This document shows, one piece after another, positions 20,058 to 28,010 of a stretch of DNA of 64,000 bases. The notes below the pieces were generated by a model that saw only the letters and a program-made list of their open reading frames with translations, was not told the origin of the DNA and did not search any database. The position numbers and the translations under genes were made by a program. The first letter of the stretch is position 1; each line of letters begins with the position of its first letter. Source of the stretch: an uncultured Pirellulales bacterium (GTDB lineage Bacteria; Planctomycetota; Phycisphaerae; Sedimentisphaerales; Anaerobacaceae); assembly GCA_964508785.1 (NCBI GenBank), contig CAZDVE010000002.1, forward strand, positions 47,721-111,720, in the 5' to 3' direction.

Positions 20058-20360
20058 ATGTATGATTCAATTAAAGGAAAAGTGATAGAAATCATTGATG
20101 GCGACACATTTAAAATGAATGTTACACAACAAGATGAATCGAACAAATACAAGTACAATCCACAAGAAATAATTAGAATTGCTGACACCAATGCGCCCGA
20201 ACTTGATTCATTACCGGGACAGTTAGCAAAAATATCTCTTGAAAAGAGACTGCTCAACAAAAATGTTAGGTGCAAGGTAAAATCGCGAGATCGTTATGGA
20301 CGCTTGATTTGTGATGTTAATGTCGTTTATAGACGTTCTTTACGAAGAAAAACTAAATAG
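20058..20360 (+). CDS. Truncated-format staphylococcal-nuclease (thermonuclease/SNase)-like protein, 100 aa
   Basis: RBS GCGGAGGA. Motifs IDGDTF, IRIADTNAPE and SRDRYGRLICDV align with SNase IDGDT, RLLLVDTPE and DKYGRGLAYIY (Ca-binding Asp, Arg35/Asp40/Glu43 and Arg87 equivalents). The protein stops where SNase continues for ~50 aa more. Confidence 0.7.
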   Translation: MYDSIKGKVIEIIDGDTFKMNVTQQDESNKYKYNPQEIIRIADTNAPELDSLPGQLAKISLEKRLLNKNVRCKVKSRDRYGRLICDVNVVYRRSLRRKTK

Positions 20361-20474
20361 TATTCTTTGACATTAGGTATTTGAATTAAATAACGGTCAA
20401 AACGTCAGACGTTGCAGCGCGTGTGACCATAGCGGGATTGAACCAAATCCAAAAGAAAATCTAATAGAGTCATA

Positions 20475-20503
20475 GTTGCTTTTTTCCAATATAGAAAAGC
20501 AAC
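20475..20503. repeat. Perfect 9-bp stem hairpin (GTTGCTTTT-N11-AAAAGCAAC)
   Basis: Read directly. It lies between the SNase-like gene and the 111-aa gene. No trailing T-run, so it is not a canonical terminator. Confidence 0.5.
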
Positions 20504-20595
20504 ATAGCTAGTCAATTAGTTTTTCAATTTAGAATTAATAGTGAATACACTAATAGTATAGTTTGAGCACAAAACAGGATTAAATAATTGGGGAA

Positions 20596-20931
20596 ATGAT
20601 TATGCAGATTGCCCTTTTAATTGTTTGGATTATTTTCTTTTTAATTTTTTCGGGAATGGGATTTTGGCATTTTAGTCAAGCAAACCGAAACATTCCTAAC
20701 GTTAAAATGAAAAAAAGATCAATGCAACAAGATAATTCAAAAGTCAAGGTAGAAATATCATTTGCTGGCAGTGATATCGACCAGCCTTTAAGTGATTTTA
20801 TTAACGATTTCAACAAATATATCGATATACAGAATGTCAGTTCATATAAAGCACATATCCTCACAGCATTTGGATATTGGATAGCAGCGGCCACATCAGT
20901 ATTTTCCGGAATGATACAGATATTTATATAA
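20596..20931 (+). CDS. Hypothetical small membrane protein, two hydrophobic helices
   Basis: GGGGAA immediately upstream of ATG. Hydrophobic N-terminal (IALLIVWIIFFLIFSGMGFW) and C-terminal (ILTAFGYWIAAATSVFSGMI) segments. No family recognised. Confidence 0.45.
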   Translation: MIMQIALLIVWIIFFLIFSGMGFWHFSQANRNIPNVKMKKRSMQQDNSKVKVEISFAGSDIDQPLSDFINDFNKYIDIQNVSSYKAHILTAFGYWIAAATSVFSGMIQIFI

Positions 20932-20966
20932 AAAAAATTGTTGCGATTTCATTGCACCCTACCACT

Positions 20967-21106
20967 GGATTCCCGCTTGCGCGGGAATGACAAACAGAAG
21001 ATTGCCGCGGCCCCGCTCTTGTCTTCGACAAGAAGGCGCGGGACCTCGCAATGACATGGAAACGAACTTTTGTCATTGCGAGGAACGTAGAGACGAAGCA
21101 ATCTTC
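20967..21106. repeat. Cluster of palindromic repeat modules flanking the 3' end of the GIY-YIG gene
   Basis: Three units. (a) 20967-20992: GGATTCCCGCTTGCGCGGGAATGACA hairpin unit, the same unit as in the MITE-like elements. (b) 20997-21056: GAAGATTGCC...CCTCGCAATGACA module with internal hairpin CTTGTC-gaa-GACAAG. (c) 21071-21106: TGTCATTGCGAGG...GCAATCTTC. Units (b) and (c) form a 13-bp perfect inverted repeat (21044-21056 / 21071-21083). Confidence 0.8.
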
Positions 21107-21384
21107 GAATCACACAAATCTTTCCAATAAGGATTTACACTTTCTATCAGCTCTATCTTTTTAGCCCTTGAGCCGGACTTGATTTTTTTCTCCGCAGCTA
21201 TTGCATCATAAATGCGGCTAAACGACTCATAATATACTAACATCGTGATATTATATCTTTTTGTAAACGAAGAACCTTTCTTGTCTTTATGTTCCTGAAC
21301 TCTTCTTCTTAGGTCATTAGTGACGCCTGTATAGATGACAGTTTTATTACGATTAGTCATCATGTAAACCCAATATTGTTTCAT
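21073..21384 (-). CDS. GIY-YIG nuclease-domain protein (UPF0213-like)
   Basis: YWVYMMTNRNKTVIYTGVTNDLRRRVQEHK...(N).LVYYE...AIAAEKKIKSGSR.KK is the GIY-(x10)-YIG/R/E/N pattern. I prefer the ATG at 21384 (MKQYW...) because the 19-aa extension to 21441 is read through a repeat module. Confidence 0.85.
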   Translation of the reverse strand: MKQYWVYMMTNRNKTVIYTGVTNDLRRRVQEHKDKKGSSFTKRYNITMLVYYESFSRIYDAIAAEKKIKSGSRAKKIELIESVNPYWKDLCDSKIASSLRSSQ

Positions 21385-21404
21385 AGTACTCTTATAACTT
21401 AATA

Positions 21405-21446
21405 GAAGATTGCCGCAGTCGACCTTCGGCCTCCCTCGCAATGACG
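21405..21446. repeat. Palindromic repeat module upstream of the GIY-YIG gene, in inverted orientation relative to 21071-21106
   Basis: Plus strand reads GAAGATTGCCGCAGTCGACCTTCGGCCTCCCTCGCAATGACG. CCTCGCAATGAC (21434-21445) is the exact reverse complement of GTCATTGCGAGG (21072-21083). Confidence 0.8.
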
Positions 21447-21475
21447 TAAAATATTAACGGGAACAACAGGGAGTG

Positions 21476-21985
21476 TTAGTTGTTATTCTTTTCTGTGCGA
21501 GTATCCAGCTTAGTTTGTCGCGGCATAGCGATCGTTCCAGTCCTTGCGACGCTTTTTATGCCGTAAGGCTTGCAGACATTAATGAAGGCCTCGATTTTTC
21601 CCTCCGGCCCGCTGACTTCGACCATAATAAACTTCTGACCGATATCTACAACCTTGGCCCGAAAGACCTCTATCAAAGAAAGAATCTCCGTCCTCTTTTC
21701 CGGAGGCGCTGAAATAACCATAAGCATCAAATCACGAGCCACTACCGGCTGGCCGACGAAATCCTGAACCTTAACGACCGGAACAATCTTCGCCAATTGC
21801 TTTCGAACCTGCTCAACAACCCTGTCATCGCCAATAACAACAATCGTCATCCGGCTTAAATCCGGGTCCTCAGTTCGACCTACAACGAGCGAATCAATAT
21901 TAAAACCACGAGCGGCAAACATTCCCGCTACATGAGCCAGAACTCCGGGTTTATTTTCAACTAAAGCGCTTATTATATGCTTCAT
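21476..21985 (-). CDS. ilvN: Acetolactate synthase small (regulatory) subunit
   Basis: MKHIISALVENKPGVLAHVAGMFAARGFNIDSLVVGRTEDPDLSRMTIVV is the canonical ACT-domain N-terminus of IlvH/IlvN. It lies directly downstream of ilvB. The ORF-track TTG at 22003 adds 6 aa. Confidence 0.9.
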   Translation of the reverse strand: MKHIISALVENKPGVLAHVAGMFAARGFNIDSLVVGRTEDPDLSRMTIVVIGDDRVVEQVRKQLAKIVPVVKVQDFVGQPVVARDLMLMVISAPPEKRTEILSLIEVFRAKVVDIGQKFIMVEVSGPEGKIEAFINVCKPYGIKSVARTGTIAMPRQTKLDTRTEKNNN

Positions 21986-22011
21986 TTCGAATGCCACTTT
22001 CAAAGATAAGT

Positions 22012-23742
22012 TCAGATTAATCTTTCCAGTATTTCAAGCCCGTCCATTTCGCTAAGGCTCTTGCCCGCCGGTACCATCGGCCATACATTCTCCTCCGGCT
22101 CGACACGAAAGTCAACTACGCAGGGCTTCTTTTCTTTCAACATTTGCTTAATCGCACCAGATACATCGGCCTTACTCTCGACAGTCATACCAACAGCGCC
22201 CATGGCTTTGGCGATTGCTTCATAGTCGGGATTCTTCAGATAGCTCTTGGAATAACGCTTACCATAGAAAAGCTCCTGCCACTGCCGAACCATTCCCATA
22301 TATCCGTTGTTCAGGATGCAAACTTTGATAGGCAAATTGTGCTCAACCGCCGTGGCAAGCTCCGTCATCGTCATATTAAAACTGTGTTCGCCATCAATAT
22401 CAATAACCAAATCATCGGGTCTGGCCACCTGGGCACCAATGGCGGCCGGCAGGCCGAATCCCATTGTCCCAAGTCCGCCGGAGCTTATAAACTGTCTCGG
22501 CCTTACGAACTTGTAGAACTGTGCGGCCCACATTTGATTTTGACCGACACCGGTTGTTATTATGGCCTTGTTCTCGGTCTGACGGCAAATCTCTTCGACA
22601 ACGTACTGCGGCTTAATCGCCGATGAGTTCTGGTCGTAGCGGAATGCAAACTTCTTCTTCCAATCGGCGATTTTCTTAAACCATTCCTTCCTTTCCTGAT
22701 ACTCGGCCTGCTTAGTCAGTTCACCGATAATGACTTTGGCGTCACCCACGACAGGAATGTCAACACGTACATTCTTTGAAATACTCGAAGGGTCGATATC
22801 AATATGGATTGTCTTAGCGTGTGGGGCAAAGGTTTCAATTTTACCCGTGACACGGTCGTCGAAACGAGCACCTATTGCAATTAATAAATCGCACTCCTGT
22901 ACGGCGTAATTGGCATAGGCAGAACCATGCATACCGAGCATATCCAGTGACTCAGGCTTCCTCTGGTCGTAACTGCCGAGACCCAAAAGTGTCATCGTCA
23001 CGGGAAGATGCGCCTTTTCTGCCAATGCTCTTAACTCCCTGCCTGCGTTTGCAGCGACGACACCACCGCCGACATAGAGCACCGGCCGCTTCGATTTATT
23101 AATCGCTTTGGCCGCTGTGGAAACTTGCTTGGCGTGACCTTTAGCCAGGATACGATAACCAGGCAGCTTCATCTCAGACGAGACGCGAGAATTATATTTT
23201 GCAACCGCTACATCGACCGGTAAATCGACCAGCACAGGACCGGGGCGACCGGTCGAGGCAATATAAAATGCCTCCCGGATAGTTCGCGCCAAATCTTTTA
23301 TGTCTTTGACGATACTATTATATTTTGTGACCGGACGCGTGATACCGGTAGTGTCGGCTTCCTGAAATGCGTCGTTGCCGATAAGCTCCGTACGAACCTG
23401 GCCGGTAAGGGCAACCATCGGGACCGAATCCATCATGGCGGTAGCCAGACCGGTAACCAGATTGCACGCACCCGGGCCGCTTGTAGCCACAATAACGCCT
23501 ATTTTTCCGCTGGCCCGGGCGTAGGCATCGGCCATGTGGCAGCCGCCCTGCTCGTGACGCGGGACTATAAAACGAATCGGGGCATCATATAATTTATCGA
23601 ACAAAGGCAACACCACTCCGCCTGTATAGCCGAACATAGTGTCCACACCCTGCTCAATGAGAGTATCGACAATGATTTGTGCGCCTGTTTTAACAGATGA
23701 TTTACCGGCTGAACCAGCCGAACTGCGGGACTTGGATGACAT
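22012..23742 (-). CDS. ilvB: Acetolactate synthase large (catalytic) subunit, biosynthetic type
   Basis: TPP-enzyme motifs GYTGGVVLPLFD, GGLGTMGFGLPAAIGAQVA, ILNNGYMGMVRQWQ. ATG at 23742 is preceded by AGGAAAGGA. The ORF-track extension to 23814 is hydrophobic, non-conserved sequence. Confidence 0.9.
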   Translation of the reverse strand: MSSKSRSSAGSAGKSSVKTGAQIIVDTLIEQGVDTMFGYTGGVVLPLFDKLYDAPIRFIVPRHEQGGCHMADAYARASGKIGVIVATSGPGACNLVTGLATAMMDSVPMVALTGQVRTELIGNDAFQEADTTGITRPVTKYNSIVKDIKDLARTIREAFYIASTGRPGPVLVDLPVDVAVAKYNSRVSSEMKLPGYRILAKGHAKQVSTAAKAINKSKRPVLYVGGGVVAANAGRELRALAEKAHLPVTMTLLGLGSYDQRKPESLDMLGMHGSAYANYAVQECDLLIAIGARFDDRVTGKIETFAPHAKTIHIDIDPSSISKNVRVDIPVVGDAKVIIGELTKQAEYQERKEWFKKIADWKKKFAFRYDQNSSAIKPQYVVEEICRQTENKAIITTGVGQNQMWAAQFYKFVRPRQFISSGGLGTMGFGLPAAIGAQVARPDDLVIDIDGEHSFNMTMTELATAVEHNLPIKVCILNNGYMGMVRQWQELFYGKRYSKSYLKNPDYEAIAKAMGAVGMTVESKADVSGAIKQMLKEKKPCVVDFRVEPEENVWPMVPAGKSLSEMDGLEILERLI

Positions 23743-23951
23743 TTTCTTTTTCCTTTCCTGATAAACGTTAACAGGGCTCCATTTATACCACACAAGTATA
23801 ACGGCAATCCCCATGTTATTCCGGCCAATTATGGCTCTACAGGATTGCTCCGGGGAGCTAATCGTCTCTATTTCCAGAAACTATCAAATCACCCGAAGAT
23901 TCTAAATCCTGCCACAATTCCGTAACCATCCCATTCCGGGACGTCTCAGGG

Positions 23952-24012
23952 TTGTATTTGCATGTTCTCATACAAATACAAGAGTATTATACAAACATCG
24001 ACTGATGTTTGT
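23952..24012. promoter_or_regulatory. Two 9-bp-arm palindromes in the ilvB / nifU-like divergent intergenic region (candidate operator sites)
   Basis: TTGTATTTG-N12-CAAATACAA (23952-23981) and ACAAACATC-N4-GATGTTTGT (23991-24012). Both contain ACAAA(T/C)A half-sites. Confidence 0.3.
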
Positions 24013-24126
24013 CAACTATTTATTTTCGACAATTTATGCCCCTACAAATAAAATTTTTCCCTTTTTTAAACCAACAAATACATTTTCAATGCGTAAAGAA
24101 TAATTACTGGCCGAAAATTATGGCTC

Positions 24127-24135
24127 TGGTATAAT
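24127..24135 (+). promoter_or_regulatory. Candidate extended -10 promoter element (TGgTATAAT) for the NifU-like gene
   Basis: TGGTATAAT lies 44 nt upstream of ATG 24179. No good -35 at 17 nt, which is consistent with an extended -10 type. Confidence 0.35.
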
Positions 24136-24178
24136 CTGATAATTGAGAAACGAACTCCAAATTTAACAGGGGATTCTT

Positions 24179-24448
24179 ATGTGTGAACAATGCGGATGCG
24201 GCGAAACCAATAGCGAACAAAGCATCGAAGAAAAGGTAAAAGAGACAATCGAAACGATTCGGGGCAGTCTGCAAAGCCACGGCGGCGACGTCGAGCTGGT
24301 CGGTATAGACGATGACAATATCGTAAATGTACGCCTCCAGGGTGCCTGTCGGGGTTGTCCGGGAGCTGCGATGACGATGAAAATGGGAATTGAGAGAATT
24401 TTGAAAGAAAGGATTCCCGAGGTCAAACAAGTCGTTGCCGTTAATTAA
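24179..24448 (+). CDS. NifU-like Fe-S cluster scaffold/carrier domain protein
   Basis: IRGSLQSHGGDVELVGIDDDNIVNVRLQGACRGCPGAAMTMKMGIERILKERIPEV matches the NifU C-terminal domain with its CxxC pair. The N-terminus has an extra Cys-rich stretch, MCEQCGCGE. Confidence 0.8.
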   Translation: MCEQCGCGETNSEQSIEEKVKETIETIRGSLQSHGGDVELVGIDDDNIVNVRLQGACRGCPGAAMTMKMGIERILKERIPEVKQVVAVN

Positions 24449-24459
24449 ATAAAGCACGT

Positions 24460-26298
24460 TTAACCATCGGATGATGCGCCGGATTTTGTGACATCATCCT
24501 GCCTGAAAAGGCGGAAAATATGGACATACCCCCCTTCCCATCCCACTCGTGCAACAAACTGATAGGGCGGGACATCGTTCGGATTTTTTAACCGGTCGAT
24601 ATTTTTGTCCAATCCGAGCCGACGATAGCGAACACTGTAATCTCTTAATCCCTCCCGTGTAGCCCAGACAATATAGGTAAGGTCCTGCCGATAGCAGGCT
24701 TCGGTAAATTCTTCGGGACTATTGGCCTGAGGTAAACCAACGATATCATCGGCGTATTTCTGTGCATATATCCCGACAACCTGATGCATATAAACACCCA
24801 TCTTTTCGCCGGGCTTCGCATTGGCAATATACCAGTCCGCTAATTGCTTGAACTCCTTGTCCCTCTGGCCATCACCAACAAGACTGACAAGTGCAAACTG
24901 GTTCGATACGATAATCAGACTAAAAAAAGCTAAAATACAAAGTTCACTCATCCATCGCCTCGGCTTATAAATATAAATTCGTCCGGCAAAAATAAAGCCC
25001 GCCAGAATTATAGCAATCCAGGGCAGATAAGCCGATTTCGGACTGACCGCCGATACCCTTCTTGCCATATCGGGAACAAGCGAAACAAGCCAGATTACAG
25101 AGATGATCGCCAATATTACCTGCAGAAAAATCACAATAAATCGGGGCACTCGCTGGTTTGAATCGATAAGTTTCCAGATACTCTGCAAACCGAACAGGCA
25201 TATTAATAACGCTATCCAGAAAATGGTTGTATGAAATCTCTGGAGCGGATAAGGATAACGTGCGTGAATGATAAAATACGGCACAAAAAATAACAGCAGT
25301 GCCAGAATTTTCCACTGACGCTTAAACAATCCATAGACCACACCGAATATGAAACCAGCCGCTGCAATAATTTTACTGAAACCGAAGAGTATTCTCGCCG
25401 ATTCGACGCCGCGTGCCATAAACAACGGCTGAAATCCAACCTCCCACAGCAATCTCATGTGCATGATAATGCCAGTTCGTTCCTCGACGGATTCGGTAAA
25501 AGCCGTTGCATAATCTTTTGTGAAGACGGTAAGGTAATTGCCTTTCTCCGGATCCCAGTTGAGAAAAATTCCCAGCAGCCATATTGCCAACGGAACGGCT
25601 GCCAAAGCCGAAAAGATAAACGCTCGAATCTTCTCTTTCCTGCTTTTGCGATATATCATATCCATCACAAAAGCAGCCATAATCAGCGCCGCTCCTTCAT
25701 AGCGAACCATAGTGGCAACAGATGCAGCAAGATAACACCAACTCGTACGCCTGAATATCAAATAGAACGTCAGCAATACGAAAAATATCAGGGACGTCTC
25801 GATGATTGGCTCGGTGAGCATGTATATCACCCAATAATTCAAAATGGCGATGATTGCAAACCAGACAGCCACCCTGCCTACGATTTCTCTGCCGACAAGA
25901 TAGAACAGGACAAGGTTTAACGGATGAAGTATCGCATTAAGCAGCCAGCCTGCGGTCAGGTCCGGGTGATTTCCACCAACCAGATATGACAGCGATGCCT
26001 GTAAAAGCCCCACCACAGGAGCCTGCATGAACCGGCTCGGGACCTGAAATGACAACAGCTCATGGCCGACTCTGACAATGTCCGGAAAATCCGATATTGG
26101 AACAATCTTGTGACCAAAGTATATGACCGACTGATAAATGCCAAAAGCGAGCAAAACCGCCAAGATGAACAAATCGAAATATTTTTCCCGTTTGTGCATT
26201 TGCTCATGTTCGGTTTGACTTAACGAATGAACAGATGCGGGCATTGATATTTTTTTACCGGGTCTTTTTCTTGGCTTGTGGATTTTACGCTTGCTCAT
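24460..26298 (-). CDS. Polytopic membrane protein, GT-C-type (ArnT/PMT-like) glycosyltransferase candidate
   Basis: At least 10 predicted hydrophobic helices followed by a ~150-aa soluble C-terminal domain. An acidic loop (SDFPD) follows the first helix. The gene sits in a methyltransferase/GT2 neighbourhood. The family call is tentative. Confidence 0.5.
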   Translation of the reverse strand: MSKRKIHKPRKRPGKKISMPASVHSLSQTEHEQMHKREKYFDLFILAVLLAFGIYQSVIYFGHKIVPISDFPDIVRVGHELLSFQVPSRFMQAPVVGLLQASLSYLVGGNHPDLTAGWLLNAILHPLNLVLFYLVGREIVGRVAVWFAIIAILNYWVIYMLTEPIIETSLIFFVLLTFYLIFRRTSWCYLAASVATMVRYEGAALIMAAFVMDMIYRKSRKEKIRAFIFSALAAVPLAIWLLGIFLNWDPEKGNYLTVFTKDYATAFTESVEERTGIIMHMRLLWEVGFQPLFMARGVESARILFGFSKIIAAAGFIFGVVYGLFKRQWKILALLLFFVPYFIIHARYPYPLQRFHTTIFWIALLICLFGLQSIWKLIDSNQRVPRFIVIFLQVILAIISVIWLVSLVPDMARRVSAVSPKSAYLPWIAIILAGFIFAGRIYIYKPRRWMSELCILAFFSLIIVSNQFALVSLVGDGQRDKEFKQLADWYIANAKPGEKMGVYMHQVVGIYAQKYADDIVGLPQANSPEEFTEACYRQDLTYIVWATREGLRDYSVRYRRLGLDKNIDRLKNPNDVPPYQFVARVGWEGGYVHIFRLFRQDDVTKSGASSDG

Positions 26299-26304
26299 TT
26301 TATA

Positions 26305-27081
26305 TCATTCAACCTTTTGGAGTTCTATCGTCTGGAACATACCCAACAAGTTATTCAGCGGCGACAATACGTATTCTATAGCCTTTATAAGTTCGTATGT
26401 AAATGAAGGAACCAATTGACGCAAACTCAAACCGCCGCTCAGTATATACCGCAATGGTGTATGATTGCGAATCCTGACAATCTTAAGAGATGGAAATTCC
26501 TGCTCAAAAATCTTTCTGTCTCGGGTAAAGATTATCCACGGCATTGCACCGTTGCCCTGGGAAAGGCGACCGGTTTGCTCCAGCTCCCATTGTGCCCGGA
26601 CGTCAAAAAGTTCGTGATGAAAATTCCTGTAAATAATTCTCGAAAACAACGTGTTTGCCGGCTCAATCATGATTACTTTTCCCCCATCTTTAAGGCAGCG
26701 GAGTACCTCCCCGAAGAAAACCCTCGGCTCCGCAATATGATGAAAGACATCTATCATAAAAAAGGCATCGACGCTTGCCTTATCAAAAGGCATTTCAAGG
26801 GCCGAAAAAACCTTATCGACATTGGGCAGTTCGAGGACCTCCGATGTAATCACATTGTTTATCACCTCTTTAATAAAACCGCCGCCGCTGCCGAGTTCTA
26901 CAAGAATCTTGCCTTGAGATTCCGGCACAAGCTCTGCAAACTGTTTGTAGAAATCGATATATATCTTCTTTAGAAAAGGCTTTCTTTGTATAATCCGGGC
27001 ATGTAAAAGTGTGACGGCAGGGTCGTCGAGATTCTCGATGCCCCGCAATTCAGGAAGTTTTAACCAGTCTATCAATCCCAT
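26305..27081 (-). CDS. Class I SAM-dependent methyltransferase
   Basis: Motif I ILVELGSGGGFI and post-I/II pattern DAFFMIDVFHHI...LKDGGKVIMIEP. Confidence 0.8.
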   Translation of the reverse strand: MGLIDWLKLPELRGIENLDDPAVTLLHARIIQRKPFLKKIYIDFYKQFAELVPESQGKILVELGSGGGFIKEVINNVITSEVLELPNVDKVFSALEMPFDKASVDAFFMIDVFHHIAEPRVFFGEVLRCLKDGGKVIMIEPANTLFSRIIYRNFHHELFDVRAQWELEQTGRLSQGNGAMPWIIFTRDRKIFEQEFPSLKIVRIRNHTPLRYILSGGLSLRQLVPSFTYELIKAIEYVLSPLNNLLGMFQTIELQKVE

Positions 27082-27149
27082 AATTTATCTATTTCAGATC
27101 GAAAAATTTTTCAAGATGGCAACTATATTCCTGGAATTTAACTTATTAT

Positions 27150-27310
27150 CTTAAACTGACCGTTTTGACTTGTCATACCTGTGAAAGCAGGTATCCAGAA
27201 ATGATTTCAACGATCTGGATTCCTGCTTGCGCGGGAATGACACGCTGTGTTATGTTATTACAAAATCATTAGTTACAACAATCATATTCTAAAGATATGG
27301 TCAGTTTGAG
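27150..27310 (+). mobile_element. MITE-like non-coding repeat element, copy A
   Basis: Terminal inverted repeats CTTAAACTGACC (27150-27161) and GGTCAGTTTGAG (27299-27310). Internal hairpins TACCTGTGAAAGCAGGTA and ATTCCTGCTTGCGCGGGAAT. Collinear with copy B at 61034-61200. No ORF. Confidence 0.6.
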
Positions 27311-27340
27311 TTATTATACTCATTCAAGTCATTTTTTGGA

Positions 27341-28006
27341 TTAACTTTTAATAAAATGTCCCACCTCATAAACGGGCCCGAATATCGAGGGGACACTCTG
27401 CATACGGACAATCCGCACCTTTTCTAAAACATTCCGGGCGGCATTGAACACATCCTTTTCCGTGGAGAAATGATGCTCACGAATATTACAGCCCAACAGA
27501 CGGAACATAAATACCATAAAGGTTCGCTCAATCGGGACACCATATATCACCTGGCCGCCGGGTTTGAGAACGCGTTTAATTTCCCCGAAAGCCCGCTGCT
27601 GCTCGGAAGGCTTTAGGTGTTCAAGAGTGCTAATAAGCAAAACAGTATCAAAAAAATTATCATCGTACGGCATAGACAATACACTGCCGTTTAACAAATG
27701 TGTCTGTATATTTTTTTTACTAAATAATTCCGAAACCTGCTCGACAGAAGCATTGAGGTCAAGACCATGAATTTCTTCATACATCTGGTTTAGATTTAGA
27801 AGTGTGACACCGGAGCCGAAACCCACCTCCAAAACACGCTGCCCGCCTTTGCACTGGTCAAGGCATAATTCTATCCTTCGCCGATACATCCTGCCCAAAA
27901 CAGGCCAGAAATAGAACCGCAGCGGGTCATCGCGATTCACACCGACATATTCGCTAAATGGCAGCAGCCTGAGCTTAGTTGAAGGAGTTTCTCCCGGAGT
28001 ATTCAT
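27341..28006 (-). CDS. Class I SAM-dependent methyltransferase
   Basis: Motif I VLEVGFGSGVTLLNL, then FDTVLLISTLEHL and LKPGGQVIYGVP. I prefer ATG at 28006 (MNTPGE...); the ORF-track start at 28051 is a TTG overlapping the upstream gene by 41 nt. Confidence 0.8.
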   Translation of the reverse strand: MNTPGETPSTKLRLLPFSEYVGVNRDDPLRFYFWPVLGRMYRRRIELCLDQCKGGQRVLEVGFGSGVTLLNLNQMYEEIHGLDLNASVEQVSELFSKKNIQTHLLNGSVLSMPYDDNFFDTVLLISTLEHLKPSEQQRAFGEIKRVLKPGGQVIYGVPIERTFMVFMFRLLGCNIREHHFSTEKDVFNAARNVLEKVRIVRMQSVPSIFGPVYEVGHFIKS

Positions 28007-28010
28007 TATT

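Noticed and set aside
21385-21441. N-terminal extension of the GIY-YIG ORF (MRGRPKVDCGNLLLSYKST)
   Set aside because: The extension is a translation of the palindromic repeat module 21405-21446. The conserved GIY-YIG domain starts right after the internal ATG at 21384.
22144-22626. 160-aa plus-strand ORF inside ilvB
   Set aside because: It lies opposite a highly conserved TPP-enzyme coding region and has no independent motif or RBS. It is a typical antisense shadow ORF.
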